From positions 768,001 to 832,000 of the forward strand of contig JBFWVL010000001.1 of assembly GCA_050246755.1 (NCBI GenBank): 64,000 nt of DNA. The letters run 5' to 3'. Origin of the DNA: Bacteriovoracia bacterium. Lineage in GTDB: Bacteria > Bdellovibrionota > UBA1018 > CAIPTA01. This document shows, piece after piece, positions 10,169 through 20,417 of the stretch (within the stretch, counting starts at the first letter, position 1; each line of letters begins with the position of its first letter). The translations under genes were made by a program, and so were the position numbers. The notes beneath the pieces were generated by a model. That model saw only the letters and a list, made by a program, of their open reading frames with translations, searched no databases and was not told the DNA's origin.

Positions 10169-11152
10169 ATGAGCGTAAGCTCGTCTACCATCACCTTCCG
10201 GCTTTCGGATCCGGGCACTTCATTGGCCCAAGATCCGGCGATGATGGAATACCTCCGTTCCTACGATTTCCCCTGCCCCCCCGACGTTCGCTACGGCTAT
10301 ACCCGTATCGAAAGCAATCAGCAGAAAGACCGCGTAAATCTTTTCGGCCAAGCCTGGGTGCCCGCCCATCCCGTGGGCACCGTGGCCATCTTTCACGGCT
10401 ACGGAGAACATAGCGGAAATTATTCCCGCCTCGCCCGAGATTTCATTGATAACCGCTATGCCGTGATCATGATGGATTTGCGCGGCCATGGCCTTTCCGA
10501 GGGCCCGCGCGGCCATGCCCCCACCCCGACGGCATACGCCGAGGACTGGGAGTGCTTTTTAAATCAGATCTTCCCGATGGTGCTTCCAAACCTTCCACTC
10601 TATTTCTGGGCGCATAGCCTAGGCGCCCTCACCGCCATGCAGGTGCTCCGCCGCCCTAATCTTCCGGTGCGTCCCAGGGGCGTGGTGCTCTCGAGCCCCT
10701 TCCTCGGATTCCCGGAAATCACCGGGGTAAAGAAGATCCTCACTAAGATGGCTCCGTTCCTGGCGAAGGTTCTGCCTTCATTGCCGGTAGCGCACGGAAT
10801 CGGCCCGGAAATTCTTTCCCACGACGAAGAATACCTCGCGCGCCGCTTCGAAGATCCGCTTAATGGAAAAGTCTCCACGCCACTTTGGTACCTCTCAGCC
10901 AAAGCCGCCATTAAAGAGATCCAGGCCAATGCGGAAGAGTTTCAAACCATCGCGCCCACCCTGCTCATGCTGGCGGGCAGCGAAATGGTTACGAATTTAA
11001 ATGAAGCCCGTAAGTTCGCCTTCCGCGCCTACGCCGGCATGACCCACAAGGTGATCGAATTCCCGAGCTACTACCATGAACTCGAAAAAGAAAAGGCGAT
11101 CCGGCCCCGCGTGGTGGCCGAGTCCATCGCGTGGTTCAAGAGCCACGGTTAA
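10169..11152 (+). CDS. Alpha/beta hydrolase (lysophospholipase/monoglyceride lipase family)
   Basis: HGYGEHSGNY, DLRGHGLSEGPRGH, nucleophile AHSLG, C-terminal HE. Confidence 0.9.
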   Translation: MSVSSSTITFRLSDPGTSLAQDPAMMEYLRSYDFPCPPDVRYGYTRIESNQQKDRVNLFGQAWVPAHPVGTVAIFHGYGEHSGNYSRLARDFIDNRYAVIMMDLRGHGLSEGPRGHAPTPTAYAEDWECFLNQIFPMVLPNLPLYFWAHSLGALTAMQVLRRPNLPVRPRGVVLSSPFLGFPEITGVKKILTKMAPFLAKVLPSLPVAHGIGPEILSHDEEYLARRFEDPLNGKVSTPLWYLSAKAAIKEIQANAEEFQTIAPTLLMLAGSEMVTNLNEARKFAFRAYAGMTHKVIEFPSYYHELEKEKAIRPRVVAESIAWFKSHG

Positions 11153-11161
11153 AAATATTTA

Positions 11162-12250
11162 TTATTTAGCCCGCTGATCCGCCGGCAAACTCCGCCAGCT
11201 ACCGCGCTCGGACCGCACTTTTGGGTTCAGCTGGGTTTCCCTCACGGCCTTCGCGTGGGCCGCATAATCCTTCGAAAAGATATGGGTGCCGTTTCCTCTA
11301 GAAACAAAATAGAGGAAATCGGCCTGCGCGGGATTCAGCACAGCTTGGATCGCGCTCTTGGAGGGATTCGAGATCGGGCCCGGGGGCAAACCGTCCATCT
11401 GATAAGAATTGTATTCGTTCTTGGCGTCGAGATCGCGGCGCCGGATATTTCCGTCCCAGCTTCCGTGCGTCAGCCATAAACTATAAATAATCGTAGGATC
11501 TGTTTGCAGCCGCATATGCTTACGCAGGCGATTTAGAAAAACGCTCGCAATCAGCGGCCGCTCAGCCGCGGCACCCGTTTCTTTTTCCACAATGCTCGCG
11601 AGCGTTACCACTTGGTGGGGCGTGAAGTGAAACTCCTGCACCACCGCGCTGCGCTCCAATTCCGGTTTTAGCTCGGCATAAACTTCACGGAAGTGGTGCA
11701 CCATCGACTGCACGATCTCGAGCGGGGTTTCCACTTTTTGTACGAGGTAGGTATTGGGATATAGATACCCCTCAAGGCTTTTCGGCTGCCTTTCGCCCTT
11801 AGCAAGAGTAGGAAGAGCGGCGATGAGCTCGAGGTCTTGCGCAGCTTCGACAAAATCTTTTTTCTTCGCGAAGCCTCCCTGCGCGAGAAGATCGGCGATC
11901 TGGTAGAGATTGAAGCCTTCGGGGATCGTCACCTTGTACTCGATGGGTTTTCCTTCGGTGAGCGCCTTCACGAGCGCGGGTACGGGCATATTTTTATAAA
12001 GGGAAAACTCTCCGCGCTTGAGTCCTTTGCCGGCGCCGAGAATATTCACGTACCAGCGCAAAGCCCGCTCGCGGCGTATAATTCCAGCGCCTTGGAGTTG
12101 GCGCGCGAGACTCGAAAAATTTTCACCTTTTTGTACCGTAAACGTCGTGGGATCGCCCGCTGGGGCAAAGTATCCGAGCTGCCAAGCCAAGCCTCCTAGA
12201 GCCGCTCCGGCCGCAACCGCTAAACCCACGAAAACAATGAGGAATTTCAT
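11162..12250 (-). CDS. mltG: Endolytic transglycosylase MltG
   Basis: VTIPEG, LEGYLYPNTY, LASIVEKE, NRL...MRLQTDPT, GLPPGPISNP, LYFV. Confidence 0.95.
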   Translation of the reverse strand: MKFLIVFVGLAVAAGAALGGLAWQLGYFAPAGDPTTFTVQKGENFSSLARQLQGAGIIRRERALRWYVNILGAGKGLKRGEFSLYKNMPVPALVKALTEGKPIEYKVTIPEGFNLYQIADLLAQGGFAKKKDFVEAAQDLELIAALPTLAKGERQPKSLEGYLYPNTYLVQKVETPLEIVQSMVHHFREVYAELKPELERSAVVQEFHFTPHQVVTLASIVEKETGAAAERPLIASVFLNRLRKHMRLQTDPTIIYSLWLTHGSWDGNIRRRDLDAKNEYNSYQMDGLPPGPISNPSKSAIQAVLNPAQADFLYFVSRGNGTHIFSKDYAAHAKAVRETQLNPKVRSERGSWRSLPADQRAK

Positions 12251-12337
12251 GCACTTGCTCGTCGTTTTTATTCTTGTACGTAAATTAGGCTAGCTCGAGC
12301 GCACTGCATCTAGCAAGGTCGCGAAATGATTCTGAAC

Positions 12338-12366
12338 TTGACTCAGCTAACGCATGGTGTTACTAT
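12338..12366 (+). promoter_or_regulatory. Putative sigma70 promoter of carD
   Basis: TTGACT-N17-TACTAT. Confidence 0.7.
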
Positions 12367-12410
12367 GTGCGCGGTCCAAAGAAGCGCTTTCGAAAGAGGG
12401 TCCATCGAGA

Positions 12411-12908
12411 ATGGAAAATTTCATGTTTAAAGTCGGCGATAACGCAGTTTACCCAGCCCACGGTGTGGGCGTGATTAAGCGCATCGAAGAAAAAATGATT
12501 TCTGGCAAGAAGAAGAGCTTCTACGTGCTGCAGGTAATCGAAAATGGCATGACCATAATGGTGCCAACCGATAATACCGCCGGCGTTGGCCTGCGCGCGC
12601 TCGTGAGCAAACAGGAAGTAGACGAAGTTTTCGGCATCCTGCGCGATAAAAAAGTGAAAATCGACCGTACCACCTGGAACCGTCGCTATCGCGAATATAT
12701 GGAAAAAATTAAGACCGGCTCCGTGAAGGAAATCGGTGAAGTTCTCCGCAACCTCTATCTCCTCAAGAACTCCAAGGATCTTTCCTTCGGCGAGAAGAAG
12801 ATGTTCGATACCGCTAAAAACTTGCTCGTAAAAGAGATCTCCATGTCGGGCGCGCTGAGCGAAGCCGAAGTGGAAGCCGAACTCACCAAAGCTCTCGGCA
12901 CTATCTAA
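12411..12908 (+). CDS. carD: CarD/CdnL family RNA polymerase-binding protein
   Basis: FKVGDNAVYPAHGVGVI, WNRRYREYMEKIKTGS, LSFGEKKM. Start at 12411 or 12423. Confidence 0.93.
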   Translation: MENFMFKVGDNAVYPAHGVGVIKRIEEKMISGKKKSFYVLQVIENGMTIMVPTDNTAGVGLRALVSKQEVDEVFGILRDKKVKIDRTTWNRRYREYMEKIKTGSVKEIGEVLRNLYLLKNSKDLSFGEKKMFDTAKNLLVKEISMSGALSEAEVEAELTKALGTI

Positions 12909-12934
12909 GAAATCCGCCACTAAGGCGCCGCGAA

Positions 12935-12972
12935 AGGCCGAAATCTCCCTGAGATTTCGGCCTCTTTCATTT
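12935..12972 (+). terminator. Hairpin/terminator after carD
   Basis: Perfect 13-bp stem AGGCCGAAATCTC-CCT-GAGATTTCGGCCT, then CTTTCATTT. Confidence 0.7.
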
Positions 12973-12999
12973 TGGGGGAAGCTCTTATAGAGTGCCTCC

Positions 13000-14496
13000 A
13001 TGACTCAAAATTTTGACCTCCAATCAACCCTGAAAAATGGCGGCGGCCCGATTCCCGGCGAAGTTCGAGTACGCTTTGCTCCCTCCCCCACGGGCTACCT
13101 TCACGTGGGAAGCGCGCGCACCCATTTATTTAACTGGCTCTACGCCAAACACTGCAAAGGTAAGCTAATCCTGCGCATCGAGGATACGGACACCGTTCGC
13201 TCTACCCGCGAATCCGAGCGCATGGTGATCCAAGATATTAAAGCCCTGTACCTTCATCCCGATGAAGGAACCGAAGAAGGAGGCCCTTACGCTCCCTATC
13301 GTCAGTCGGAACGCCAGGAGCTTTTTCGTCATCTCGCTTATCGATTAATGGACGAAGGCCAGGCCTATCGTTGTTTCTGCACCGACGCAGAAATTGAAAG
13401 GAAAGCGTTGGCCGCAAAAGCCGCCGGCAAAACCCCCCATTACGACGGCACCTGTACTTTTCTTAGTGCGGAAGAGAGCAAGAAGAAAGCCGACGCGGGA
13501 GAATCGTTCTCGATCCGCATGAAAGCTCCATTTAAGGACTACGTGGTTCACGACGAGCTTCGCGGCGACGTCAACTTCAAGGCCGGCATGGTAGGCGATT
13601 TCGTGGTACTTCGCTCGAGCGGAATGCCGGTCTACAACTTCTCCGTGGTCGTAGACGACCATTACATGCGCATCAGCCACATCATTCGCGGGGAGGATCA
13701 TCTCTCCAATACGGTTAGGCAAGTGATGATTTTCCAGGCTTTTGGCTGGCAAATCCCGAAATTCGCCCATATCTCGATGATCCTAGGAACCGACAAGAAA
13801 AAACTTTCGAAACGCGAAGGCGCAACGTCGGTAAACGACTACATCAATGCCGGCTACCTTCCGGAAGCATTGGTGAACTTTCTTTCTTTACTCGGCTGGT
13901 CTCCTTCCGACGGGAAAGAAATTCGCCCGGTAAAAGAAATCATCGAAATGTTTGAGCTAGAGAAGCTTAGCAAATCGCCCGCGGTTTTCGACGATGAGAA
14001 ACTCGCCTGGATGAATGGCGAATATATCCGCGCCATGGACATCAATGAGCTCGCCGAACGCATTAAGCCCTTCGTGAAACGCGCCGGCCTCGACCCCGAA
14101 GCCCTCGGCGGCGCCTGGTTCCTCAACGTTCTTTCCACCGTGCGTGGAAACTTGAAGCGCCTAGATGAGATCGGCCCGCACCTGGAAATCTATTATCCGG
14201 ATCGTTTTGGCTTTGAAGCCGACGCCAAAGCCCTGCTCGCCACTCCCGAAAGCAAGCAGGTGGTAAAAGCGTTCCGCGAGGAAGTAGAAAAAAATCAGGG
14301 CGTGGCCTCGGAAGCCATTCTCACGGCGATCCAAAATACCGTAAAAGAGAAAACGGGCATAAAGGGCAAAGGCCTTTTCATGCCGATGCGGGCGTCGGTT
14401 ACCGGAAAGCTTCACGGCCCCGAGCTCAAACTCGTTATGCCGCTTTTGGGCGCCGAAGAAACGCTGCGTCGAATTGATGCCTCCCTCGCTCTCTAG
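13000..14496 (+). CDS. gltX: Glutamate--tRNA ligase
   Basis: RFAPSPTGYLHVG, LRIEDTD, IRGEDHLSNT, KLSKR. Confidence 0.96.
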   Translation: MTQNFDLQSTLKNGGGPIPGEVRVRFAPSPTGYLHVGSARTHLFNWLYAKHCKGKLILRIEDTDTVRSTRESERMVIQDIKALYLHPDEGTEEGGPYAPYRQSERQELFRHLAYRLMDEGQAYRCFCTDAEIERKALAAKAAGKTPHYDGTCTFLSAEESKKKADAGESFSIRMKAPFKDYVVHDELRGDVNFKAGMVGDFVVLRSSGMPVYNFSVVVDDHYMRISHIIRGEDHLSNTVRQVMIFQAFGWQIPKFAHISMILGTDKKKLSKREGATSVNDYINAGYLPEALVNFLSLLGWSPSDGKEIRPVKEIIEMFELEKLSKSPAVFDDEKLAWMNGEYIRAMDINELAERIKPFVKRAGLDPEALGGAWFLNVLSTVRGNLKRLDEIGPHLEIYYPDRFGFEADAKALLATPESKQVVKAFREEVEKNQGVASEAILTAIQNTVKEKTGIKGKGLFMPMRASVTGKLHGPELKLVMPLLGAEETLRRIDASLAL

Positions 14497-14573
14497 GTGA
14501 GGTGATTCGGCTCCTTGACGGGTGGTTGCAGACGGGATAACTCTCCTCCTCCAAACTAGCCTGAGGAGGCCCT

Positions 14574-15053
14574 ATGATCCGCTCCCTATTCGTTCTTGGT
14601 TCCGCGCTCTTTGCTCTTTCCGCGTACGCCACCCCTAAAGTGGGCGACTATGCTTTCTACGAAGCCACGATTAGCGCCAACGGCCAATCGATCCCCGCCA
14701 CCATCGAATTCGAAATTCTCCGCGAAGAAGGCGAAGGAAAATTCCTGCAACGCCAGACCAATAAGATTGGCGACCAAGACGCCCAGACTCAGGAAGAAGT
14801 GAAATCGGCCGATGATTTCCTCAACGACGAAACGATCGACGCCGTATTGGCCGATTGCGGCTCGCAAGGCGGCGCCCTCGAAACCGTAACCGTACCTGCC
14901 GGCGATTTTAGCGCCTGCAAAGTTCCTTACGACAACGCCGAGAGCAGCGGTACCGCCTGGATCGCTAAAGTGCCCTTTGGCCTCGCCCGCATCGATTCTA
15001 AAAGCAAAGAAAACGGTATTTTCGTGAGCTCGCAGCTCAAAGCTTTTCGCTAA
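14574..15053 (+). CDS. Secreted hypothetical protein (beta-rich)
   Basis: SD GAGGAGG, signal peptide, ETVTVPAGDF motif. Confidence 0.8.
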   Translation: MIRSLFVLGSALFALSAYATPKVGDYAFYEATISANGQSIPATIEFEILREEGEGKFLQRQTNKIGDQDAQTQEEVKSADDFLNDETIDAVLADCGSQGGALETVTVPAGDFSACKVPYDNAESSGTAWIAKVPFGLARIDSKSKENGIFVSSQLKAFR

Positions 15054-15071
15054 GCATTAAGCCAATGAAAC

Positions 15072-15105
15072 AAAAGGGCATGGTGGATTTCCACCTGCCC
15101 TTTTT
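15072..15105 (+). terminator. Intrinsic terminator
   Basis: AAAAGGGCA-T-GGTGG-ATTT-CCACC-TGCCCTTTTT. Confidence 0.75.
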
Positions 15106-15230
15106 CTTTGTGCCCATGCGCACACGGAGTGCGCCTATAGCGAACGTGTAGGGCAGCAAGGCCTTTTCCCACTCGCCCAAATCTAGGAGTCTGCCGTAAA
15201 GTTTAGGTACCAAGAAACAAACGAGGATTT

Positions 15231-15962
15231 ATGAAACACTTAAAACACCTAGTACTCACCGGCCTAATGGTTGTTGCCGCTTCGAGCTGCTCATCCAAAA
15301 AACTCAAACCAGTAGACGAGAATATCGACGTAAAAGCGAAGATGGGCGACAAAGAAATCGGCATCAACGACGACGACGACGCCGTGATTCAAGAAAGCGT
15401 GGCCGTGGAAGACGAGCTCCGCAAGCTCACTTGGTATAACTATGAAACCGAGCGCAAGCTGAAATCGGCGCGTACCGAGCTGATCCGCTGCCGAACCGAC
15501 CTCGCCGATCCCCGCCTCAGCGGCAATAAAACTCTGGAGCCGATCCCCGAGCTCGAGATCAGCCAGGACCTCAGCAAAATACAGCAGAAGCTGGGTATCA
15601 CCCAGAGTGGCCGCATTAAGGTGGTAAAAAAGGAATTCCTCAATGATCGCTTTGAAAAAGAGCAGCGCTATAAGGAATCGCTCGAAAGCTTGCTAAAGGT
15701 GCTGGACGATCAAGGAAAGAATTGTGAGCGCGAGCTCGGCTATATTCGCGTGCAGCACGGCTTACCGTCGGAACGCTATACCGCTGAAGGCTACTACGGC
15801 CCCAAGGGAAATTTCGTGGTCACTCGCCCCGCCGAGCGCAGCCTAGACGACGCTTTCCGGATTCTGGCCGAGCAAACCCGCAAGGGAAAAGCGCAAGCGA
15901 AGAAACAGCAGAAAGCCTCGGAGCCGGCTTTGGTGGAAGAACCCGAAGAAGAAAACAACTAG
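15231..15962 (+). CDS. Hypothetical lipoprotein
   Basis: SD GAGGA; signal ending AASSC; helical body with an acidic tail. Confidence 0.8.
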   Translation: MKHLKHLVLTGLMVVAASSCSSKKLKPVDENIDVKAKMGDKEIGINDDDDAVIQESVAVEDELRKLTWYNYETERKLKSARTELIRCRTDLADPRLSGNKTLEPIPELEISQDLSKIQQKLGITQSGRIKVVKKEFLNDRFEKEQRYKESLESLLKVLDDQGKNCERELGYIRVQHGLPSERYTAEGYYGPKGNFVVTRPAERSLDDAFRILAEQTRKGKAQAKKQQKASEPALVEEPEEENN

Positions 15963-15982
15963 TCGCGGAATCAAAACCATCG

Positions 15983-16013
15983 AAGCCTCCCTTTTTTCGG
16001 GGAGGCTTTTTTT
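15983..16013 (+). terminator. Intrinsic terminator
   Basis: AAGCCTCCC...GGGAGGCTT followed by a T tract. Confidence 0.85.
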
Positions 16014-16115
16014 GCTATTTTCAACACGATACCGGAGGATCTCGCCGCGGTAGGTTCGCCCAATTTTCCGTGGAAAAACAGTTTACCGGAACGTAACCTG
16101 ATAGGGAGGTCCAGG

Positions 16116-17036
16116 ATGGATATCGTTTCCCAAAATGTGCATTGGCTCATCCCCGAAGAGCCCGCTCCTTGCGATCTCTACCTGCATTTCCGCGGAAAAT
16201 TTGCCCTAGGGTTAGCGGCTAAGCAGCTAGTTTCCCTTTCCTTTCTCGAAAAACTAGCCAAAACGAACAGCGAGATCATTTTCTTGAAGAAACAAGATCT
16301 TTTCGCCTGGGAAGAATGGAAAAAGAAAAGGCACCCAGAGCCGGAAGCGGAAAAAAAAGGCGAATCTACCGAACAGCAAGAAAAACTTTACGGAAATAAG
16401 CGCGCCGAGTTTCTCAGTTACGTGCAGAAGATTCTGCATAAGCGGGATGAAACGGACCGCTTCGTGAATAACGCGACCGATTCCGCGGCGGCGGTGCTGA
16501 AAAAAGTGATCGGCCACCCCATGCTGGATTGGTATTTTCAGCAGTTTCACGAGCCACCAGACTTATTTTTTCACGCGGCCCGGGTAGCCTATCCCTTTAC
16601 CGCGTTCTGCCTGCTCCATGCACTTGGCACGGACAAAGAGATTGAAAGCGCCACCTTCGCCGCCGTCATCCATGAACTGAGCGGAGATCCCAAGGAAAGC
16701 CTCAAGACGGTGGTCTCACAGCAGACGCTTGCGCAACTCGAACGGGAAAAGCAGCCCGTGCCGGCCGACGTGATCGAACTGATCCGGATGCACGATGAAC
16801 TTTTTTCCGGTAAAGGCTTTCCCGGAAATAAAAAGAAAAACGAGATTCCCACCCTTATCCGGGCGTTCGGCTTATTCAATCACTTTGATCACTACCGCCT
16901 GGCCGCCACGGGCACCCGCCGGGCAAGATTTGATCAAGCAAAACAAAAAATGAATTTACGCCGCTCCGACTACGATCCCGATCTTTGGGAGAACTTCTGG
17001 AAATTCTGGGAAAACTCCGTGGAGGCGATCACTTGA
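16116..17036 (+). CDS. Degenerate HD-GYP domain protein
   Basis: AAVIHE where LLHD is expected; MHDELFSGKGFP where HHE..DG.GYP is expected; terminal YDP.L. Confidence 0.7.
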   Translation: MDIVSQNVHWLIPEEPAPCDLYLHFRGKFALGLAAKQLVSLSFLEKLAKTNSEIIFLKKQDLFAWEEWKKKRHPEPEAEKKGESTEQQEKLYGNKRAEFLSYVQKILHKRDETDRFVNNATDSAAAVLKKVIGHPMLDWYFQQFHEPPDLFFHAARVAYPFTAFCLLHALGTDKEIESATFAAVIHELSGDPKESLKTVVSQQTLAQLEREKQPVPADVIELIRMHDELFSGKGFPGNKKKNEIPTLIRAFGLFNHFDHYRLAATGTRRARFDQAKQKMNLRRSDYDPDLWENFWKFWENSVEAIT

Positions 17037-18475
17037 ACAGCGATTTTCGCCCAGATTTTTTTGACCTTGCGCTCGCCCTGCCGCCGGAGCTCAGGTTAGC
17101 GCTGAGCGGCGTTCCGCATGTTTTGCAGGATCAATTCGGCAATATGATCTCCCAGTTCGCTCCGGAGCAGGCCACGGGCATCACTGAGCAGCTCAAGCTG
17201 GAGGGCAAGTTCGTGGCAACTTTGCGCTTAGGGGCCGCGGAGGCGAAAATCATCCTCGCGTTGTTACAGTCCTCCATGGATCTGGAATTTCGCGCCATGA
17301 ACGCGCGCACCGAAGCCGAAACCCAAACCCTGCTTACGAACGATCTCAGTCACCTCTTGCGTCTTTCGGAACAAAATAATTTAGAATTTGAAAACCTGCT
17401 CAAGCATTTCTTAAAAATTCTGCGGGCGCACGTGTGGGTGGAGCGCGCTTCGATCTATGGAATCTACGACGGCTTCACGCTCGAAGGCCTCGCCGGAGTG
17501 GGCGGTGGCGACCAAGTGGACTGGAAGCTGGCTTTCTCGTCTATCGCCGGCTATGCCGCCACTTCTCGGCGCCCCTATCATTCTGAAAATCCGAAAGAGG
17601 ATGAAAAGTTTCAGAAGAAAGAAGGCGCCTTCGTGCCACGTAATCTTCTTTGCTTCCCCCTGCTCCATGGCAATACCCTCGTGGGCGTAATGAACCTCTC
17701 GAACCGCGTGGGCGGCGCCTTTACCCCCTCTGACCTCGAGAAGGTGGGCCGTTTCGCGAGCATGGCATCCCACGTGCTCCAAAAGCATTACTTTAAAAAG
17801 CGTATGCAGAGCTTTGAGCGCACCTCGGACCATCTGGGAAAATACCTTTCCAGCAAAGTGGTGAAGAACGTGAAGAGCAAGGATCAGCTGGAGCTCGGCG
17901 GGATCGAAAAGAAGGTGGTCTGCCTTTTTTCCGATATCCGCGGCTATACCTCGATCACCGAAGGGATTTCGGCTCCTAACTTAGTGAAGCTATTGAATTT
18001 CTATTTCGAACGGATGCATTCCGTGATTGAAAAATATGAGGGCACTCTCGATAAGATCGTAGGCGATCTCATCATGGCGGTTTGGAATATTCCTAACGAC
18101 CAACCCGACCCGGAGCTTTTGGCGATGAAGGCCGCGATCGAAATGCAGAAAGAGATGATCCGAACGGTAGTCCCCGAATGGAAGCGGCATGGGGTAAATA
18201 AGGTGGGAATGGGAATCGGCGTGAACGCTGGTTCCGCCGTGGTGGGCAATTTAGGTTCCTCCCATTTCATGAACTATACGGTGATCGGCGACACGATCAA
18301 TACCGCGCAACGCCTTGAATCTAAGGCGGGATCCGGGGAAATCTGGATGGCCGAACACCTTTTCCCTTTCGTGAGCGGAAAGCTGGAAAAGCCCGTGCGG
18401 AAAGAATGTCAGATTCGCTTGAAGGGCAAAGAAGACTCGATCGATGCGTACGTGTACCGCCCCCTGAGCTACTGA
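17033..18475 (+). CDS. GAF-domain class III adenylate cyclase
   Basis: TTG start after GGAGG overlaps the upstream stop. GAF (GIAG-like SIAGY, LLCFPL, FT..D). Cyclase motifs FSDIRGYT, DKIVGD, YTVIGDTINTAQRLES. Confidence 0.9.
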   Translation: MNSDFRPDFFDLALALPPELRLALSGVPHVLQDQFGNMISQFAPEQATGITEQLKLEGKFVATLRLGAAEAKIILALLQSSMDLEFRAMNARTEAETQTLLTNDLSHLLRLSEQNNLEFENLLKHFLKILRAHVWVERASIYGIYDGFTLEGLAGVGGGDQVDWKLAFSSIAGYAATSRRPYHSENPKEDEKFQKKEGAFVPRNLLCFPLLHGNTLVGVMNLSNRVGGAFTPSDLEKVGRFASMASHVLQKHYFKKRMQSFERTSDHLGKYLSSKVVKNVKSKDQLELGGIEKKVVCLFSDIRGYTSITEGISAPNLVKLLNFYFERMHSVIEKYEGTLDKIVGDLIMAVWNIPNDQPDPELLAMKAAIEMQKEMIRTVVPEWKRHGVNKVGMGIGVNAGSAVVGNLGSSHFMNYTVIGDTINTAQRLESKAGSGEIWMAEHLFPFVSGKLEKPVRKECQIRLKGKEDSIDAYVYRPLSY

Positions 18476-18591
18476 CTCCCGAAATTTTTTCAAAATACCT
18501 TTCCCTACTTAATAGAAATTGTTGACGACGCAATGCGTTAAGGCTACAAAGGCAAGGCTTTAAGCAACTTTTTTAGTCAAGTGGAGATTGA

Positions 18592-19371
18592 ATGAAAAAA
18601 TACTTAGTCATTTCAATAGCATATCTATGCTTGGCCGGAACTGCGATGGCAGCCCCTTTAAGCGTAGCGCAACTAAATTCTGAAATGAAAGGGCTCCTTG
18701 CCTCCCTCCAAAACAGCCGGACCCAAGCCTCCCTTACTTTTAAGGACGTCCGCACCTCCAGCAAACAAGCCTTGGGCCTGGCCATGAGCGCACTCTATAA
18801 AAAAGTAGGCGCAAAGAACGAGTTCGGCGTGCGGCTTACCAATCTCAGTTACCAATACGGCTCCCGCCCCACCACGAAGGGCGAAGGCACCGTAGAGCTG
18901 GATTTTACGAAGCTGATGGCCCAGGAAGACCTTAACCAGCTAATTCCCAGCATTCAGACCATGGTGGATGGAATTGCCAATAGCTACGCCGCTCAATATG
19001 GCCAAGCCGGAAACCTAGTGGCCAAGGTAAGCGATTTGAAAAAAGATGCGCAGGGAAACTACGTGAGCCTCAAGGCAAACGTAACCTTCCGCTTGGACTA
19101 CGCTAAGCTGCCCGCCAATCTACGCCGCGAAGACGTGATGTTCGACAGCGGCCGCTTTAATTTCTCTCTAGACGTGAAACAAGGCATCACCTTCCACTTC
19201 GATCTGGCCAGCAATGGCGCCTACAAGGGCTTCGAAGCAAATGAGAAGGGCCTGAAGGAATATATTGAAGCCCTTCTCGCTAAAGATGCCTCCACGATGG
19301 ACGAAATCAAAACGATGTTCCGTCAGCTGGATGAGGGCGCCGAGGGAATCGTGGAAGGAAAACTGCGCTGA
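18592..19371 (+). CDS. Secreted hypothetical protein
   Basis: SD GGAG, signal peptide; upstream TTGACG-N17-TACAAA at 18522-18550. Confidence 0.8.
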   Translation: MKKYLVISIAYLCLAGTAMAAPLSVAQLNSEMKGLLASLQNSRTQASLTFKDVRTSSKQALGLAMSALYKKVGAKNEFGVRLTNLSYQYGSRPTTKGEGTVELDFTKLMAQEDLNQLIPSIQTMVDGIANSYAAQYGQAGNLVAKVSDLKKDAQGNYVSLKANVTFRLDYAKLPANLRREDVMFDSGRFNFSLDVKQGITFHFDLASNGAYKGFEANEKGLKEYIEALLAKDASTMDEIKTMFRQLDEGAEGIVEGKLR

Positions 19372-19383
19372 TTTATTTTCTGC

Positions 19384-20337
19384 CTAGTTGGTAAGCATCG
19401 CCCGCAAAATTTGCTTATGATTCTCGGGTAGGCTCGACTCTAAGAGACGGGTTAGAAATTCGCCCATTTTTTTTGCCGGCACGGCGTAGGAAAGCTCCTC
19501 CCAGACGGCGGCATCCTGCGTTTTATAAATATCGCTCAGGTAGGAGCTCGTGCGTGCTCTATCGCTCTTGGGAATACGTCCGGTCCAAATAATGCCCACC
19601 ACGTTTCCGGTATCGCGATCCACGATGGCGGATCCCGAATCACCGTGAGAAACGTCGCACCCCAAAGCAAAACTCCAGGCGCGATAACTTCCCGGGTTCC
19701 ACTGATCGGGATCGGCCATCAGGCGATACTCCCCGTTCTTAGAAAATACGTAGCAATCGGAATCTTGGTTCGCCATCAGTACGCCGTTGGGATTACCTGC
19801 CACGCCGAATCCCACGGTGAGAAGTTTTTCTCCCATGCGGATATCCTCGTTAAAACGGAAATTACCTGCCACGCCGAGGAGCTTGCCCTCATCGGCCGGG
19901 CCGCTCACGCGCACGGTGAACAGAGCCAAATCAATTTCGGGCCAGGTGCCGAGGAACTGGTCGCAAGCTACCGTTACGCCCAGGAGAGGGAAACGAATGC
20001 TGCGCGCACTTCCGCAGCTGCTCGAGGAGGGAAAAACGTGATGGTTGGTGGCCATCACAAATTGTCCATTGAACTTTCCAAGGTAGAAGCCCGTGGCGCC
20101 GCCCACTTTCGCGGTCGCGAGCGCCGCTCGCTGAAGGGCCGGAGAAGCCAAATTCAGGTCTTCGGCCCCAAGCGGACGTTTTCCCCATTCGTCTCCAAGG
20201 CGATAGTCGTCGGTCCCGAGGGCATCGATGATTCCTAACCCGGTTTTCGTTTGGGCATTAGGAGCAGGTAAAACAGCGTGAGCCGTGCCAGCCAGCAATA
20301 GGAAAAATAAAGCCGCGAAACCAGTGCACTTTTTCAT
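19384..20337 (-). CDS. Secreted trypsin-like serine protease
   Basis: Signal peptide; triad motifs TNHHV, DLALF, GDSGS. Confidence 0.88.
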   Translation of the reverse strand: MKKCTGFAALFFLLLAGTAHAVLPAPNAQTKTGLGIIDALGTDDYRLGDEWGKRPLGAEDLNLASPALQRAALATAKVGGATGFYLGKFNGQFVMATNHHVFPSSSSCGSARSIRFPLLGVTVACDQFLGTWPEIDLALFTVRVSGPADEGKLLGVAGNFRFNEDIRMGEKLLTVGFGVAGNPNGVLMANQDSDCYVFSKNGEYRLMADPDQWNPGSYRAWSFALGCDVSHGDSGSAIVDRDTGNVVGIIWTGRIPKSDRARTSSYLSDIYKTQDAAVWEELSYAVPAKKMGEFLTRLLESSLPENHKQILRAMLTN

Positions 20338-20417
20338 GAAATCCCTCCGGCCATTAGTGTGCTACTGCGCCCGGATTTTATCTTCAGACATTCCCTGACA
20401 GTTCCGATAGGCAGAGT

